Of a stretch of 64,000 nt of DNA, positions 1 to 11,204 are shown piece after piece. The notes below the pieces were generated by a model. The model was not told where the DNA came from. It saw nothing but the letters and a program-made list of their open reading frames with translations, and ran no database searches. Origin of the DNA: Callorhinchus milii (Eukaryota); assembly GCF_018977255.1 (NCBI RefSeq), contig NW_024704742.1, forward strand, positions 104,472,001 through 104,536,000. Reading direction: 5' to 3'. A program made the position numbers and the translations under genes. The first letter of the stretch is position 1, and each line of letters begins with the position of its first letter.

Positions 1-2063
1 CTTTTACACTTCATAATGATGCTAAAGTGCAGGTACTGAGTTATTGCGTGTTGAGTTATTAGTGTCCTGATGCTAAAGTTCAGGTACTGAGATTACATGG
101 TGAAGATCGATTGTTATCTCTACATGTGCATGGACTCCGTTATCAAATAGCAGGAAAGTTTCATGGAAACGTTATGCTTGTCCAAAAAAGGTTGGCCAGG
201 AGCAGCTGAGAGCAACTTTGATTGGAGTATTCAAAGAAGATTTGGTCAATCATATTCAAAGGAAGGGTATTAGTGAGCAAGGATTAGGAATGGATGGCTT
301 CTTAAGAGAAATATTGATTTACTAGCACTGGTTGTTGATTTAACCCCTAATGCAGTGTAATCCTAGTTTTTCCCAAAGGACACTGCCTTCAACAGGACAG
401 TGCTTCCCCAGCACTGCATTACAGTGTCGGCGTAGATTATATAAGTTTAAAGTACCAATGCAGGGCTTAAGCATTCAATCTTTTCAGAGGCGAGAGTGCT
501 ACAAGCTGAGCCAGGCTAACACCCAGTGCAGTGTTAGGGGTAGAGCTGAGCATTATTTTCAGTCTCAAGTTATCTGAAAATGCTGATTTTATGTTAGTAG
601 ATCTGCTTGTTCCAATAAGAGTTTCCAATTTTTTTAATTTTAAAAAGTAACTGTAAAGTAGTATCTGCTTTAACTATTCACATCTTAGGTTCTGCATTAT
701 TTAGAAAATCAGCACTTAATTTCCTATGAGGGTGAATTGAAATTGCAGCCCACTGCTACCTTAATTACAATACCAGTCTGCTGCACGCAAATTATTATGT
801 GTGTCCCAGTGTTCCTGTGTTGTGCATATATACTGTTTTCACTGAGTTTCCACTTTACATTTACAACTAGTTGGTCTGGAAACAGGGAATTAAATTAGAG
901 ACTGTCCTGCAGGGAAACCAATGCTTTTGTCCACTGCTGCTGCATCTTTAGAATGTGATATTTCAGTGATGACCATGTTGGAGCTTTCTCATGCTGTTGG
1001 TTGCAGGAAAGCAACAAAAGGAAATAGTTTTTTTAATTTGTCATTGTTTATTTTTAGTAAAAATAGCTTTATTTTTCAAACCAGGTTTGAATTGGTTTTT
1101 TAAGTGTGTAGGAAGAGAAATTAAAAGGATGTTATTGAAAAAAAGCAAATATAAAGAACAAAGTTCTAGCCATGAGTGTATTAAATGGTTTATTGTCATA
1201 ACATTTTATTGTATTAAGTATTGTGTCTATTTCATACTTAAAACCTTTAACTAGAGTAATGGTAAGATTGATTTTTATCTCTTTCTGAACGTTAAGTCAA
1301 AACTTTTGAGGCAAGTCATCTATTTATATAGTACTGGCAGCTTGCTATTTTGGCTTTGTTCTTCCCCAGTTAAACCTGTCGCATGGTTCATACTTTTGCA
1401 GATTAGAATGCACAATTTATTGCTATTAAAGTATTTTGCTATTGAAGTATTTTCAAAATTGTAATTGTGTATTTAAGTATCACCAAGACATTTTGTGTTT
1501 ATGAACATGCTCTAATTTCATAGAATCTTACAGCACAGAAAGAGGCTGCACCCTCTAGCAGGTTGTTTGGATATGAATCAGGAGTAGGAATATTAGATTT
1601 CTATTGTTTTAGTCTTAACATTTCTCAATGGTAAAAATGTGACCTTTATATATTGTAACTTGTTCATTTCACATATTTGTTTTCATAATTGTCACCAAAG
1701 AGAATAATGAGGATCCCAAGGTTATGACAAAATCAGATTTTCAAAAAATGTTTAAAAAAAGTGTTATACTAGGAAATATATGATGGATTTGTAATATATC
1801 CTTGACATATTGAAAATGTGTAGCTGTTTTTCTCAACAATAAAATCACTTGACATAACTGTGAACTAATTTCTAATGAAAAATGTAGGCATTTATGATTT
1901 TTCTCAAATGTTTAAGACTATAATGTGGCCTCAGAACTGCTTCCTCTGTTGCAGTACCTAATGATGTTTCAGCAGTTGTGGCAGTCTCAACGCACAGAAT
2001 TCTAAATTTGAGTTGCTTTGAATTAGGCATGGGATCACAAATAAATCAGTCACATTGCAATAA

Positions 2064-2261
2064 ACACAGAAGTCGCTGGGAACACGCAGCAGGTCAGGCA
2101 GCATCCACGGAGAGAGGAAAATGAGTTAACGTTTCAGGTCTATGACCTTTCGTCAGACTTGTAACGTTAAATCATTTTCCTCTCTCCATGGATGCTGCCT
2201 GACATGCTGCGTGTTCCCATGTTTGTACCAGATTTCCTGCACCTGCAGTACTTTGCCTTTT
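2064..2261. mobile_element. Penelope-like retroelement terminal repeat in inverted (fold-back) arrangement, flanked by a 15-bp direct repeat
   Basis: 57-bp inverted arms at 2077-2133 and 2163-2219 (3 mismatches). GTCA(C/T)ATTGCAATAA at 2049-2063 and 2262-2276. Homologous to 22625-22885. Family assignment rests on the hammerhead motif and inverted-terminus architecture typical of Penelope-like elements. Confidence 0.7.
2124..2160 (-). ncRNA. Minimal hammerhead ribozyme motif
   Basis: Minus strand reads AAGT-CTGACGA-A-AGGTC-ATA-GACCT-GAAA-CGTT-AACT: CUGANGA box, 5-bp stem II, GAAA box and palindromic AACGUU stem III. Confidence 0.6.
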
Positions 2262-2462
2262 GTCATATTGCAATAAGACTGGTTTGAAAGCATTTTTTGA
2301 CATTTAATCTACGATATAATAAAACGCATGTTCTGACATGCTCGGTGCATATTTTATTTAATTATCACTGAAATTCATGATCACAATTCAAAATGTTCAA
2401 AACTATTATTGGTGAAATTGGAATTTGGTTGCAAAAACAGAGTCTTCATTTAGTTAAATTTT

Positions 2463-2468
2463 TTTATT
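2463..2468 (-). promoter_or_regulatory. Candidate CAMK4 polyadenylation signal (AATAAA), implying a 3' UTR of about 1.05 kb
   Basis: Minus-strand AATAAA followed about 20 nt later by a U/GU-rich stretch (ctctgtttttg). Other hexamers exist further left (e.g. about 2353), so the call is tentative. Confidence 0.4.
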
Positions 2469-3520
2469 GTATCAGTACCTTGTCAGCATGCCAGGATTTT
2501 TCAAAAATGTTTAGATGTTTCAAAGCATCGTTCCACACAACGTGCAGTGGATTGTTCCATATACAACAATATAATCTGAAGACAGCCTTGCTGTGCTATT
2601 GGGTTTCCCATGCAGAACATTTATGACACATTTTGCAGTGTCAATACATTGCAGCTGTTAAATCTGTTAAATTTTATCAGATGTTAAAGACTGACAACGT
2701 GGAACAAAGAGAAAAATATCAGAAATATTTTACATCCAAAAACACTTCAAAATTATGAACAATTGATGAGTCAGAAGCCCCTAAATAAATAGTGTACATT
2801 ATAAAATGTCTGTGGCTTCTGCTGGAATAATAGTTAAAAATGTTGAGTAACTTTGACCATATTAAAAACTCTCAATTATTATCACAGAGCTACTGCAACC
2901 TGTTGCCAAGATAGTTAATGACTGATGTAGCTGCATTGTTTTCATACCTTAATGGAATTGCTTAGTATTTAAATTTTGTATCTTTTATGACAGACACTAA
3001 AATGCCTAAACTTCCCAAACAATCTGAAGTAACTAGGGAGAATAAACAGCAACACAAAATGATAGCAAAAGTTTTTAAATCTTAACATTTAAACCTAACA
3101 ATAATTCACAAAAATAATTAGTTTCAAGAACAATGTATTGATTTGATGACACAAACCTAGATATAAAATCAATAAGTACTAAAAAATTAGCAGACTAAAA
3201 TCCTAATGAAAGCATATGAATAGGTAGCCCATTTTTTAAAAAAACTTTAGCATTATGTAATGCATTCAGGCCACTGATGTTTTAATGAAGCATTCACATG
3301 CAGAAATGACAGTGGAATTATAATCAGCCTGTACATCAGTGTAACAGTTAGCATTAACCCACATGGAAGCAAAGCCATATCATAGGCCTTTAACGCATAG
3401 CATTCCTTTCAAAGGGTTGGCGCAATAAAGAACAGGCTTCATAACAATATTTATGAAAATTAACTACAACGCTTATCCTTCTTGCTGTTTCAATGGATCG
3501 TTTTCCACCTGCTCCAATTC

Positions 3521-4072
3521 CTATGAGTCTGTCACCTGAATATCACCTTTGGATGGCTCCAAACCTTCCACAAAACTCTTGTGCTCCTGTGAATTATTCT
3601 CTGTTGGCTGCTGTGCATCGTCTTCCATCACCTGTTGTGAATTGCCCTCCATTGGCTCCTCTGCACTGCCCACTAGCAACTGATTGGTGTCATCCCCTGG
3701 TGGCTGCTCTGTGTCACCCTCCGACGGCTGCTCTGTGTCGCCCTCCAGTGGTTGCTGTGTCTCACCTCCCAGTGGTTGCTGTGTGTCACCCTCTAGTGGT
3801 TGCTGTGTGTCACCCTCCAGTGGTTGCTGTGTGTCACCCTCCAGTGGTTGCTGTGTGTCACCCTCCAGTGGTTGCTGTGTGTCACCCTCCAGTGGTTGCT
3901 GTGTGTCACCCTCCAGTGGTTGCTGTGTGTCACCCTCCAGCGGTTGTGCCTGATCGGCCCCCTCTATTTCTCCAACAGCATTTGTATTTTCATCGAGCTT
4001 AGCATTTAACTGACTGCTATGACTACTCGTACTTCCAAGACGCGATGATGCTACCACAGCTTTTACTGCAGC
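3521..4072 (-). CDS. CAMK4: CAMK4 terminal coding exon 11 (AAVKAVVASSRLGS... acidic repeat tail ...DIQVTDS*)
   Basis: gacag|GCTGCAGTAAAAGCTGTG at 4072 after a pyrimidine tract; in frame with ORF 3521..4057; TAG at 3523-3521. Confidence 0.94.
   Translation of the reverse strand, partial: AAVKAVVASSRLGSTSSHSSQLNAKLDENTNAVGEIEGADQAQPLEGDTQQPLEGDTQQPLEGDTQQPLEGDTQQPLEGDTQQPLEGDTQQPLEGDTQQPLGGETQQPLEGDTEQPSEGDTEQPPGDDTNQLLVGSAEEPMEGNSQQVMEDDAQQPTENNSQEHKSFVEGLEPSKGDIQVTDS
3581..3940 (-). repeat. Coding tandem repeat, 24-bp unit (CTGGAGGGTGACACACAGCAACCA = LEGDTQQP), 15 units
   Basis: Seven peptide-identical units at 3940-3773 (one has a synonymous CTA), then eight increasingly degenerate units (LGGETQQP, LEGDTEQP, SEGDTEQP, PGDDTNQL, LVGSAEEP, MEGNSQQV, MEDDAQQP, TENNSQEH). 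Confidence 0.95.
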
Positions 4073-5541
4073 CTGTCAGAGAAAAAAAATTGCATCTTTT
4101 TTCATTGATATTGAATATCCTGAAGCAGTATTAGGTTTTTGCTGGATACATAAATCGACACAGCAGAAAGATAAAGATAAAGAATTGTTGCAGAATCTGG
4201 ACCACAGTATCATTCTCTAAAGAGCACACAAATAAGAATGTCATAACAATATTGTAATTTCTTGAGCAAGTAATCAAGTCAGAAGATGAGGGCATTGCCA
4301 TTTTTAGAAGTCATGACAAAGTCCTACGAGTGAGACTTTAAAAGGTTTATAGACTCATTAACTAGGTCCATCAAGATTAGAATGTGGTGATAAATGAAAA
4401 GGGATTTGAAGGTTAATATTAATGTTTGTAATTCCACAGGGCTCAGATGTGGGACTGCTGCTATTTATGAATGACATGGAGGAGAGGATTTATTGAGATG
4501 CAAGTTGTGGGTAGCAAGGTCATTGGTTATTCGGTTGAACTTGGCCAAACTTTAATGGAATTTGATACAAATAAATAAGTGTGTTAACCTGGCTCTTTTG
4601 GTAGACACTCCAATGCAGTGGTGGGAAGAGTCCTGTATTTTAGCGGTTCCATCCTTTGGATCAGATATTAAACTGAAGTCCTTCCTGCATGTTTAGGTAA
4701 AGATTCAATGGCTGCATTCAAATGGCTAAGGGAGTTTCTCCCAATGTGCTGGCCTACAATACCCCCAGATAACATTGATGTTTGTAGAATATTGCTGCGT
4801 GGAAATCAACTGCATTATTGGCATATAAATATACAGTTGCTGCACTTTAAAGAAATCTCTGCATTTTTAAGTAGTAAGCACTATATCAAATGAAAGTTAA
4901 ATACATATTAGAACAGGAAACATGGAAAATGTCTACATTGCGAAGGACCATTCGAAATAGTGAAAATGGATATTTCAGTGTGAGCTAATCATTGCAGTTG
5001 TCCACACAACAAATCAAGTACTGGAAACATCCAGAGACATCTGATTACAGGTAAAAATAAGTTATTTTGACATTGTATCAGTTACTTCTAGAATGTGAAA
5101 TTTTGGTCTGCCTCCCTCCAAAAGAACAGAATGACTCATTAAAGATTTCAGACTGATGACAATTCAAGGCCCAGAGAGTTTATTTTATGTCTATACAATA
5201 TCCTTTGAATGATTCCATTGCTCTAGCCTCAATAACCACTTTTGGCAATGAATTCAAAATCCTAACAACCCTCTAAGTGATAAACTTCCTCCTAACCTTT
5301 TCCTTAATTTTTCTGCTCTTACCCTATTTTTTTTTGATCTGGCTAGAGCTAAAATCCTTTGATAATGCTTGGACCTATAAAATAGTTTTCATGTTTGGGA
5401 CAAGCTCATATAAATATTTTATGTGCCTCTGATCTGACAGCTTGCTGCTCGATGGATTTCCTGTCCTACCTGTCTTTTGTCAGATGCTTTGAACATGAAT
5501 CTTGATTACTTTTTCTTTTCATCCAACTGTTGCTTAAGAAA

Positions 5542-5900
5542 CAACAACTTGCATTCATGCAAAACACTTCGCATAGAATAAGATTTCAGAGTGTTTCATA
5601 GTGGCAGAGGTGACCAGAGGCACAGTTGATGAGCTAAGTTTTAAGGTGGGATTTAAAGGTAGATAGAGAGGTCAGGGACATAGTGACTGTTGGCCACAGA
5701 TGGGAGTGCAGAGGTGGCGAGGGATGCATAGCTGAGTTTTGTTAGGTGAGCTGAGGGGACAAGCAGAGGAGTGGGATATGAGCAAATTTGAGAGATAGGG
5801 AGATGCTCGGGTGTAATGGGATTTATACCTGAGCGTGAGATCTTGAAGACAATTATGTTGGAGACAGGAAGCCAATCAAGCCTGGTGAGGATTGGCAGTA
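5542..5900 (-). mobile_element. Old L2 LINE 3' fragment
   Basis: (CAA)n tail on the plus strand; ORF 5672..5875 resembles the L2 C-terminus (SPYLSNLL). Confidence 0.6.
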
Positions 5901-6116
5901 CATGCAGAGAAGCCAGGATTTATATACCTTATTTGGTGAAGCTGAATATATTCACTGCAGTCTGGTGTACTCATGCTCAGCATTTGCCATGTGGTTCTTT
6001 CCTGTCTCTTAAAACTACCCACATGACCGCACCTATGGTCACTACCTCCTTCCAATCCTCTCTGGCTCAGCGCCCAACCCCACTTTAGTGAAGTGCTCTG
6101 AGTCATTACCCTACAT

Positions 6117-6180
6117 CAGGGTGGTCTAACCTTTTGGGTGTCGAGGGCCAGATGCCACCGTTGAGAAACATCCACTGGCA
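6117..6180 (+). mobile_element. Possible hAT DNA-transposon terminus
   Basis: CAGGGGTGGTCTAACCTTTT...GAGGGCCAGAT resembles hAT/Charlie-type TIR starts. No matching other end was found. Confidence 0.35.
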
Positions 6181-6267
6181 ACATAAGCAATATTTTTATT
6201 TTTTCCTTCCAGAAACATGAAAGAATCCTATGTTTTAAATTGTGTGATTATTATTTAATAATGATCA

Positions 6268-6800
6268 ACAACAACAATTTGCAACAACTTTTATATAGCG
6301 CCCTCCACACTGGACAGCGTCTCAGAGCGCTTGACAAATGCGTAGCTTGATGCCGAGCCAGGGGGAGGGGGAAGGTGACTGTAGGAGGACGCCGGAGCCA
6401 GTAGAGCAGAGGCAGTGGGTAGTGCTATGAGGAGAGGAGGTTAGAGAGATAGTGGGGTGCCAAGGCATGGAGGGATTTAAACACTACAGTAAGGATGTTG
6501 AAATCAATCCGCTCAGTGACAGGGAGCCAGTGGAGTTTGGCAAGGACTGGAGTAATTGGGGTGCAGAGTTTAGTGTAGGTGAGAATGTGGGCGGCGGAGT
6601 TTTGAACGATTTGAATTTTGTGAGTCTGAAGGAGGGGAGATCGAGGAGGAGGGCGTGAGAGCAGTCCAGCCGAGAGGTGACAAAGGCATGGATAAGGGTT
6701 TCGGCAGCTTGTGGAGTGAGGTATTGTCGGAGACGGGCAATGATGCGGAGGTGGAGGAAAGTGGTTCTGGTCAGGGACCGGATATGGGGGAGGAAGGATA
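6268..6800 (-). mobile_element. L2 LINE 3' fragment
   Basis: ORF 6425..6871 contains IVQNSAAHILT...PITPVLAKLHWLPV..RIDFNIL..FKSLHALAPHYLSNLL; (TTG)n tail. Confidence 0.88.
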
Positions 6801-7614
6801 TGGCTTCCGTCTTGTTGACGTTTGATCATCTCAAGTGGAAATCTATGCATAAAATGTTTTAATGTATTCAAGTGAAAACAGCATAGGGAAGCCCCTACAG
6901 AGAATGCTCAACAAAACCAAACAGAATAATCCATAATTGCAAAACAAACTGAACTTCTTCAACACAGAATGACTTGCAAGACAACAAGTCACTGAGGTAT
7001 TCCATTACTTTCAATAAACAAGTAATCCACTTCCCACTTACACTGAGATCCTCTATGTTCCATCTCTACCTTGTGTTTCTTACCAAGACTCATAGTTCTA
7101 TAGTTTTAGAATAGCAAACTCCTCCTGCCGCTGTTGCTTGCTGTATCTCACCAAGTTGCACGAGGCTTGAGGCAGCGATGGGGAGTGGGTTGGTGGGGGG
7201 CTGTATACCTCCCACTCCACCTCGCTTCCTAACACTCTCCGCACTGCCTCATGAAGACCGACCATAAGAGAGGCGCAGCTGGGAGGTAAAGCAGTGAAGT
7301 CGGAAATGGTTTGCGGGCCGATTGCCGATTGGGCCTTCGTGAAGGGAGCTATGTAAAGGCAACTTGTCATTTTGTCAGCTGATATCAGAATGTCAGCAAA
7401 TGCATTAGTAAAGTTTGTCAAATCATATTTGAAATGGCAACATGTTAACTGAATTGGCTCATAGTTTGGTTCTGTGGCGGCCAGATAAAGGCATCTTGAA
7501 ATAAACTATTTAAATTATACACAATATATGTGTGTAACACTCTTTTCAGCCATACTATATAAGGTCTTACTGTACAAGGCCACACTATAATTCATCCCAT
7601 ATACCTGTATGGGG

Positions 7615-7961
7615 TGGAGTCCTGTAGTTAATGGTTAGAGCAGTCACCTCACAAGGTTCGATTCCCGGCAGGCCGAAACATTGGGCAAGTTTCCTTAGTA
7701 CACACGCCTCTGTTTACCCAGCAGTAAGTAGAAACCCAGTTGTTAGTCGATTGGTGGATCGCGTTTCCGCAGTAATAATTCCTTCAAAAAATTTTTTAAT
7801 TTAGTCACTCAATCCACAACTTTTTGCGGGACACTGCTGTGCGCAATTGGCTGCCACACCTACAAAATATACAGTCAATTCACTTTATAGCATATTCTGC
7901 GAAGCGCTTTGAGATGTCTCGAAGAGGTAATAAGACGCTATATCAAATGCAAGGATTATTA
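7615..7961 (+). mobile_element. tRNA-derived SINE, older and longer subfamily
   Basis: Same head and core, with an extra internal segment cgcctctgtttacccagcagtaagtag...; tail gaagcgctttgagatgtctc...aaatgcaaggattatt. Confidence 0.88.
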
Positions 7962-8907
7962 TACCTATGCTGACTAGCCTGAATAATAAATGGTTATTAA
8001 CTTACTGCTAGTCATGACATTTTAGTATATTCATGAGCATTATAAATATGAAAGACAAAAAAAATTAAATTCTCTGCATAATTTTATGTAATATGAAGAA
8101 TGTTAAAATGTAATACAGGCCTGTCAATCACGAATTTCGACTGCACTAAAATGCACAGAATTCCTGTAATACACCTTAAATACATCTTGTAATGTTAGTG
8201 CACTGGATTAGATACTGTGAATCATGTAACAACAACTAACTGAAAGTAGCACTATTAAATGCACAGATTTAAGTTTTATAATGAATTAGATTAGTTTCTG
8301 GAGAAACGAATAATAGAATAATCTTTAGAATCCTGGCAATTGATATAATGCCTACAGTGTCCAAATGTTTCAAAGCGTCTCATAGGTAACTGAAGGTAAT
8401 TAACAGAGAGATGGAACCTTGTTTTAAGGTCTCACTACACTGTCATGTTAGGCTCAACTGTGAACTCAAAATCCTGACATGAGACTTGAATCCATAATTT
8501 TTGACTCAAAAGGTGAGCGCACTACCAAATGAGTTAAGGATACAAGTGTGTGTGAAGGATCAAACCCAATTGTTGTGACTTCAGTTGATCGGGGATGAAT
8601 TGGAAGGATTTTAATGAGAATAAAAGAAGTAAAAATGTTTATGATGTAATGCTGGATTGACACATGATCCCAAATAATTAGGGCACCTACAAGAAAAGAG
8701 TTGACATCAGATCTTATCAAAATGATAAAGCAGGTTATAACAAGAGTGTGAATCGTGACTACAGTCTAATAAAATTTACAGTTAGTCTTGCGATAGAGAA
8801 GACTTTAAACTTTCCTCATTGAGGGAATGAGGAAGTAATTAGATTGCATTAGATTTTTTATGGGATTATTACAGGGGAAAACTTATTCTTTCAAAAATAA
8901 TAAAATT

Positions 8908-9282
8908 AATAATAATAATCCTTGCATTTGATATAGTGCCTTATCACATCATCGAAATGTCTCAAAGCGCTTCACAGAATATAATGTAAAGAGAATTGAC
9001 TGAATATTTTGTGGGCGAAATATAGCAGCCAATTGCGTACATCAGTGTGTCCCACAAATAGTCATGGATTGAGTGACCAAATTATTATTATCCTTTTTAA
9101 GGGATTATTACCCCTGGAAAGCGATCTGCCAATCGACTAACAACTGAGTTCCTACTTACTGCTAGGTAAACAGAAGCGTGTGGGGTAAGAAAATTTGCCT
9201 AAGGTTTCGCCCTGCTAGGAATCAAACACGGGTCCTCTCACTTCCAAGCCGAGTGGTCTAACCAATACACTACAGGACTCCA
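8908..9282 (-). mobile_element. tRNA-derived SINE, longer subfamily
   Basis: Reverse complement of the 7615 type, from aataatccttgcatttga to ctacaggactcca. Confidence 0.88.
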
Positions 9283-9606
9283 CATTAATTCACCAAAAAT
9301 ACATTGATAAGATAATGCACATACAAGGGAAGACATGGAGTACAGAATAAAATACAGTAGTTCAAGTGGATAATTGGTAAATTCACCAATTGGACTGGCA
9401 TTATTTGGTGAAAGAAGTGACAAAGAGAGAATCATTTGTTTTAAATCTGAGACAGTCCTGATGAACCATAATGTTTTTATTGGATCCTCTAAATACCCCT
9501 ATTTCAAATTATTATCTGTTAAAAATCAAATAATACTGGCAGCTCAGCTTCCTGGTTGGAAGTCAAAGTATTCAAAATGTAATCATTTGGATTTATTGCC
9601 TCTTAC

Positions 9607-9759
9607 CTTTAATTTGCGGCGTGCATTGAATTCCTGAAGTTTTTTTTGTGCGATATCCATGTGTATGAAATTTGTAGCTTTTCCGGTTACCCAGGGATGT
9701 TGTAGAGCCTGATAGGTAGTTAAACGTTTCTTGGGATCCGAAAGAATCAACTTTTTGAC
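9607..9759 (-). CDS. CAMK4: CAMK4 exon 10 (VKKLILSDPKKRLTTYQALQHPWVTGKATNFIHMDIAQKKLQEFNARRKLK)
   Basis: 153 nt; atcag|GTCAAA ... TTAAAG|gtaaga; matches ORF 9583..9768; autoinhibitory and CaM-binding region. Confidence 0.97.
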
Positions 9760-11204
9760 CTGATACAAAAATTGTAATTCAACCTATTCAATATCCATCA
9801 TTCAAGTTCAAGCTTTGTAGCTACTATTCACAATTATCTGCAAACCCTCACTGTGAAACGTCTTATGAGATAAGGAAACAGATGAAGCTGAAGACAAATG
9901 AGGCAACAGTACAGAAGGTATAATAGGAATTGTTATACATGAAATGGCCTCATCAAGGGGCAATAGCCTTCAATGTAGCTAATTAGTTTCAAATAAGCAG
10001 ATGAGGGTCATGGCATTTTAATTAAGAGTTATGTAAAAATGAAAGTGTGTCATAAATTCTGGAAGCAGTTGTTTTTGAGGTCATTTATTAACTTTATGGG
10101 TAATAGTTTATTTTATAGATAAACAGTTACCATTTTCTGATTTCATTACATTCCTGGACTTAAATTTATTTTAAAATATGGCAATTTCTTCAGTCATTTT
10201 CCACAAGGTCTATCTAGAATGCACTTTCTGAGACTGTATTGGCAGGAAATATTCTCTGTTCTATTATTTCCTTATATCACAAAATAAAGATGAATGTTGG
10301 TGATGGTAATTAGCAGCCATTTACACAATGATGGATTTCCATTAGGGGACCCTGATTTCAAACATACATATTAGCCATGTTATATTATATTAAGCATGTT
10401 ATGTCAAATAGCTTTCAATGGTTTAATCATTAGACTCCAAATAGTTACAGTAAAATTCTAGACTCCCTCGACTGAGACAATAATTTGCAAAACAAGATTT
10501 ATCCCAAACTGGTTTGCTGAAATGTGCATAAATATATTAATAATTAAATAGCTCAATTGTTCAACCTACTTTTTGACCAAAAATTGAATCTGATCAGCTA
10601 AAAACAGGTCTAAACACCAATTATTTTGTTTATCAAAAAACAGGTTCAGGCACATTTATAATAAATAGATAATAAATACATTAACGTGGTACAGTTATAA
10701 TAGTCTAGTCAAGTAGTGTCAGAGTTGCTAGCTGTATACACCTTACGTTAAACACAATGCAGTAATGTCTTGATCAAGCTGCATATGTATTAGTACACAC
10801 TTATTAGTGCAGTGCAGCCCAATATAATGCGGCAGTTCAGGTCCATAAAATCCCAAGAGGGTTATAACAGGATGCGATCGGCAGTCAGCATCTCCACACT
10901 CATTGTACATTTGCGCAGAAAGGTGCTTGGAAAGAAAAAAATGACCGACTTCTGGATAGATGTCTGAAGCATCGATGTAGCCGGCACGTGGATTTCTGGG
11001 GGAAAGTAAATGTTATGGCCACATTCCAATCATGCTATAATCAAAGCCGCGTTGGAGGGGGTTCTACTATATTTCTTATGGTATCAGGAGCGTGTGAGTC
11101 ACAAGAAACCAGCAGAAACCCAAATTGGAAAAACTATTAAGCTAAGTGCAAAAAATTGATAGTTGGATGCCATCAACTGTATATAATATATAAACATATA
11201 TATT

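Noticed and set aside
14..95. C/D-box snoRNA-like layout (TGATG...CTGA twice) with a 24-bp direct repeat at 17-40 and 68-91
   Set aside because: The C boxes are imperfect (TGATGC), the spacing is atypical and no rRNA or snRNA target was recognised. A simple tandem duplication explains it; a snoScan run would settle the question.
3581..3940. CRISPR-like periodicity
   Set aside because: Units are contiguous with no unique spacers, lie in a eukaryotic exon, and there are no cas genes.
3493..4009. Plus-strand ORFs (CHPPVVAV)n, (GCCVSPSS)n and (LCVTLQWL)n resembling Cys-rich keratin-associated or cornifin proteins
   Set aside because: These are antisense frames of the CAMK4 24-bp repeat, whose unit has no stop codon. 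The minus frame is anchored by a splice acceptor and conserved CaMKIV sequence.
7110..7380. GC-rich patch and 107-aa minus-strand ORF 7098..7421 in intron 10
   Set aside because: No recognisable protein similarity, and it ends in an L2-like tail (gtgaagggagctatgtaaaggcaacttg), so it is probably an old retroposon 3' end.
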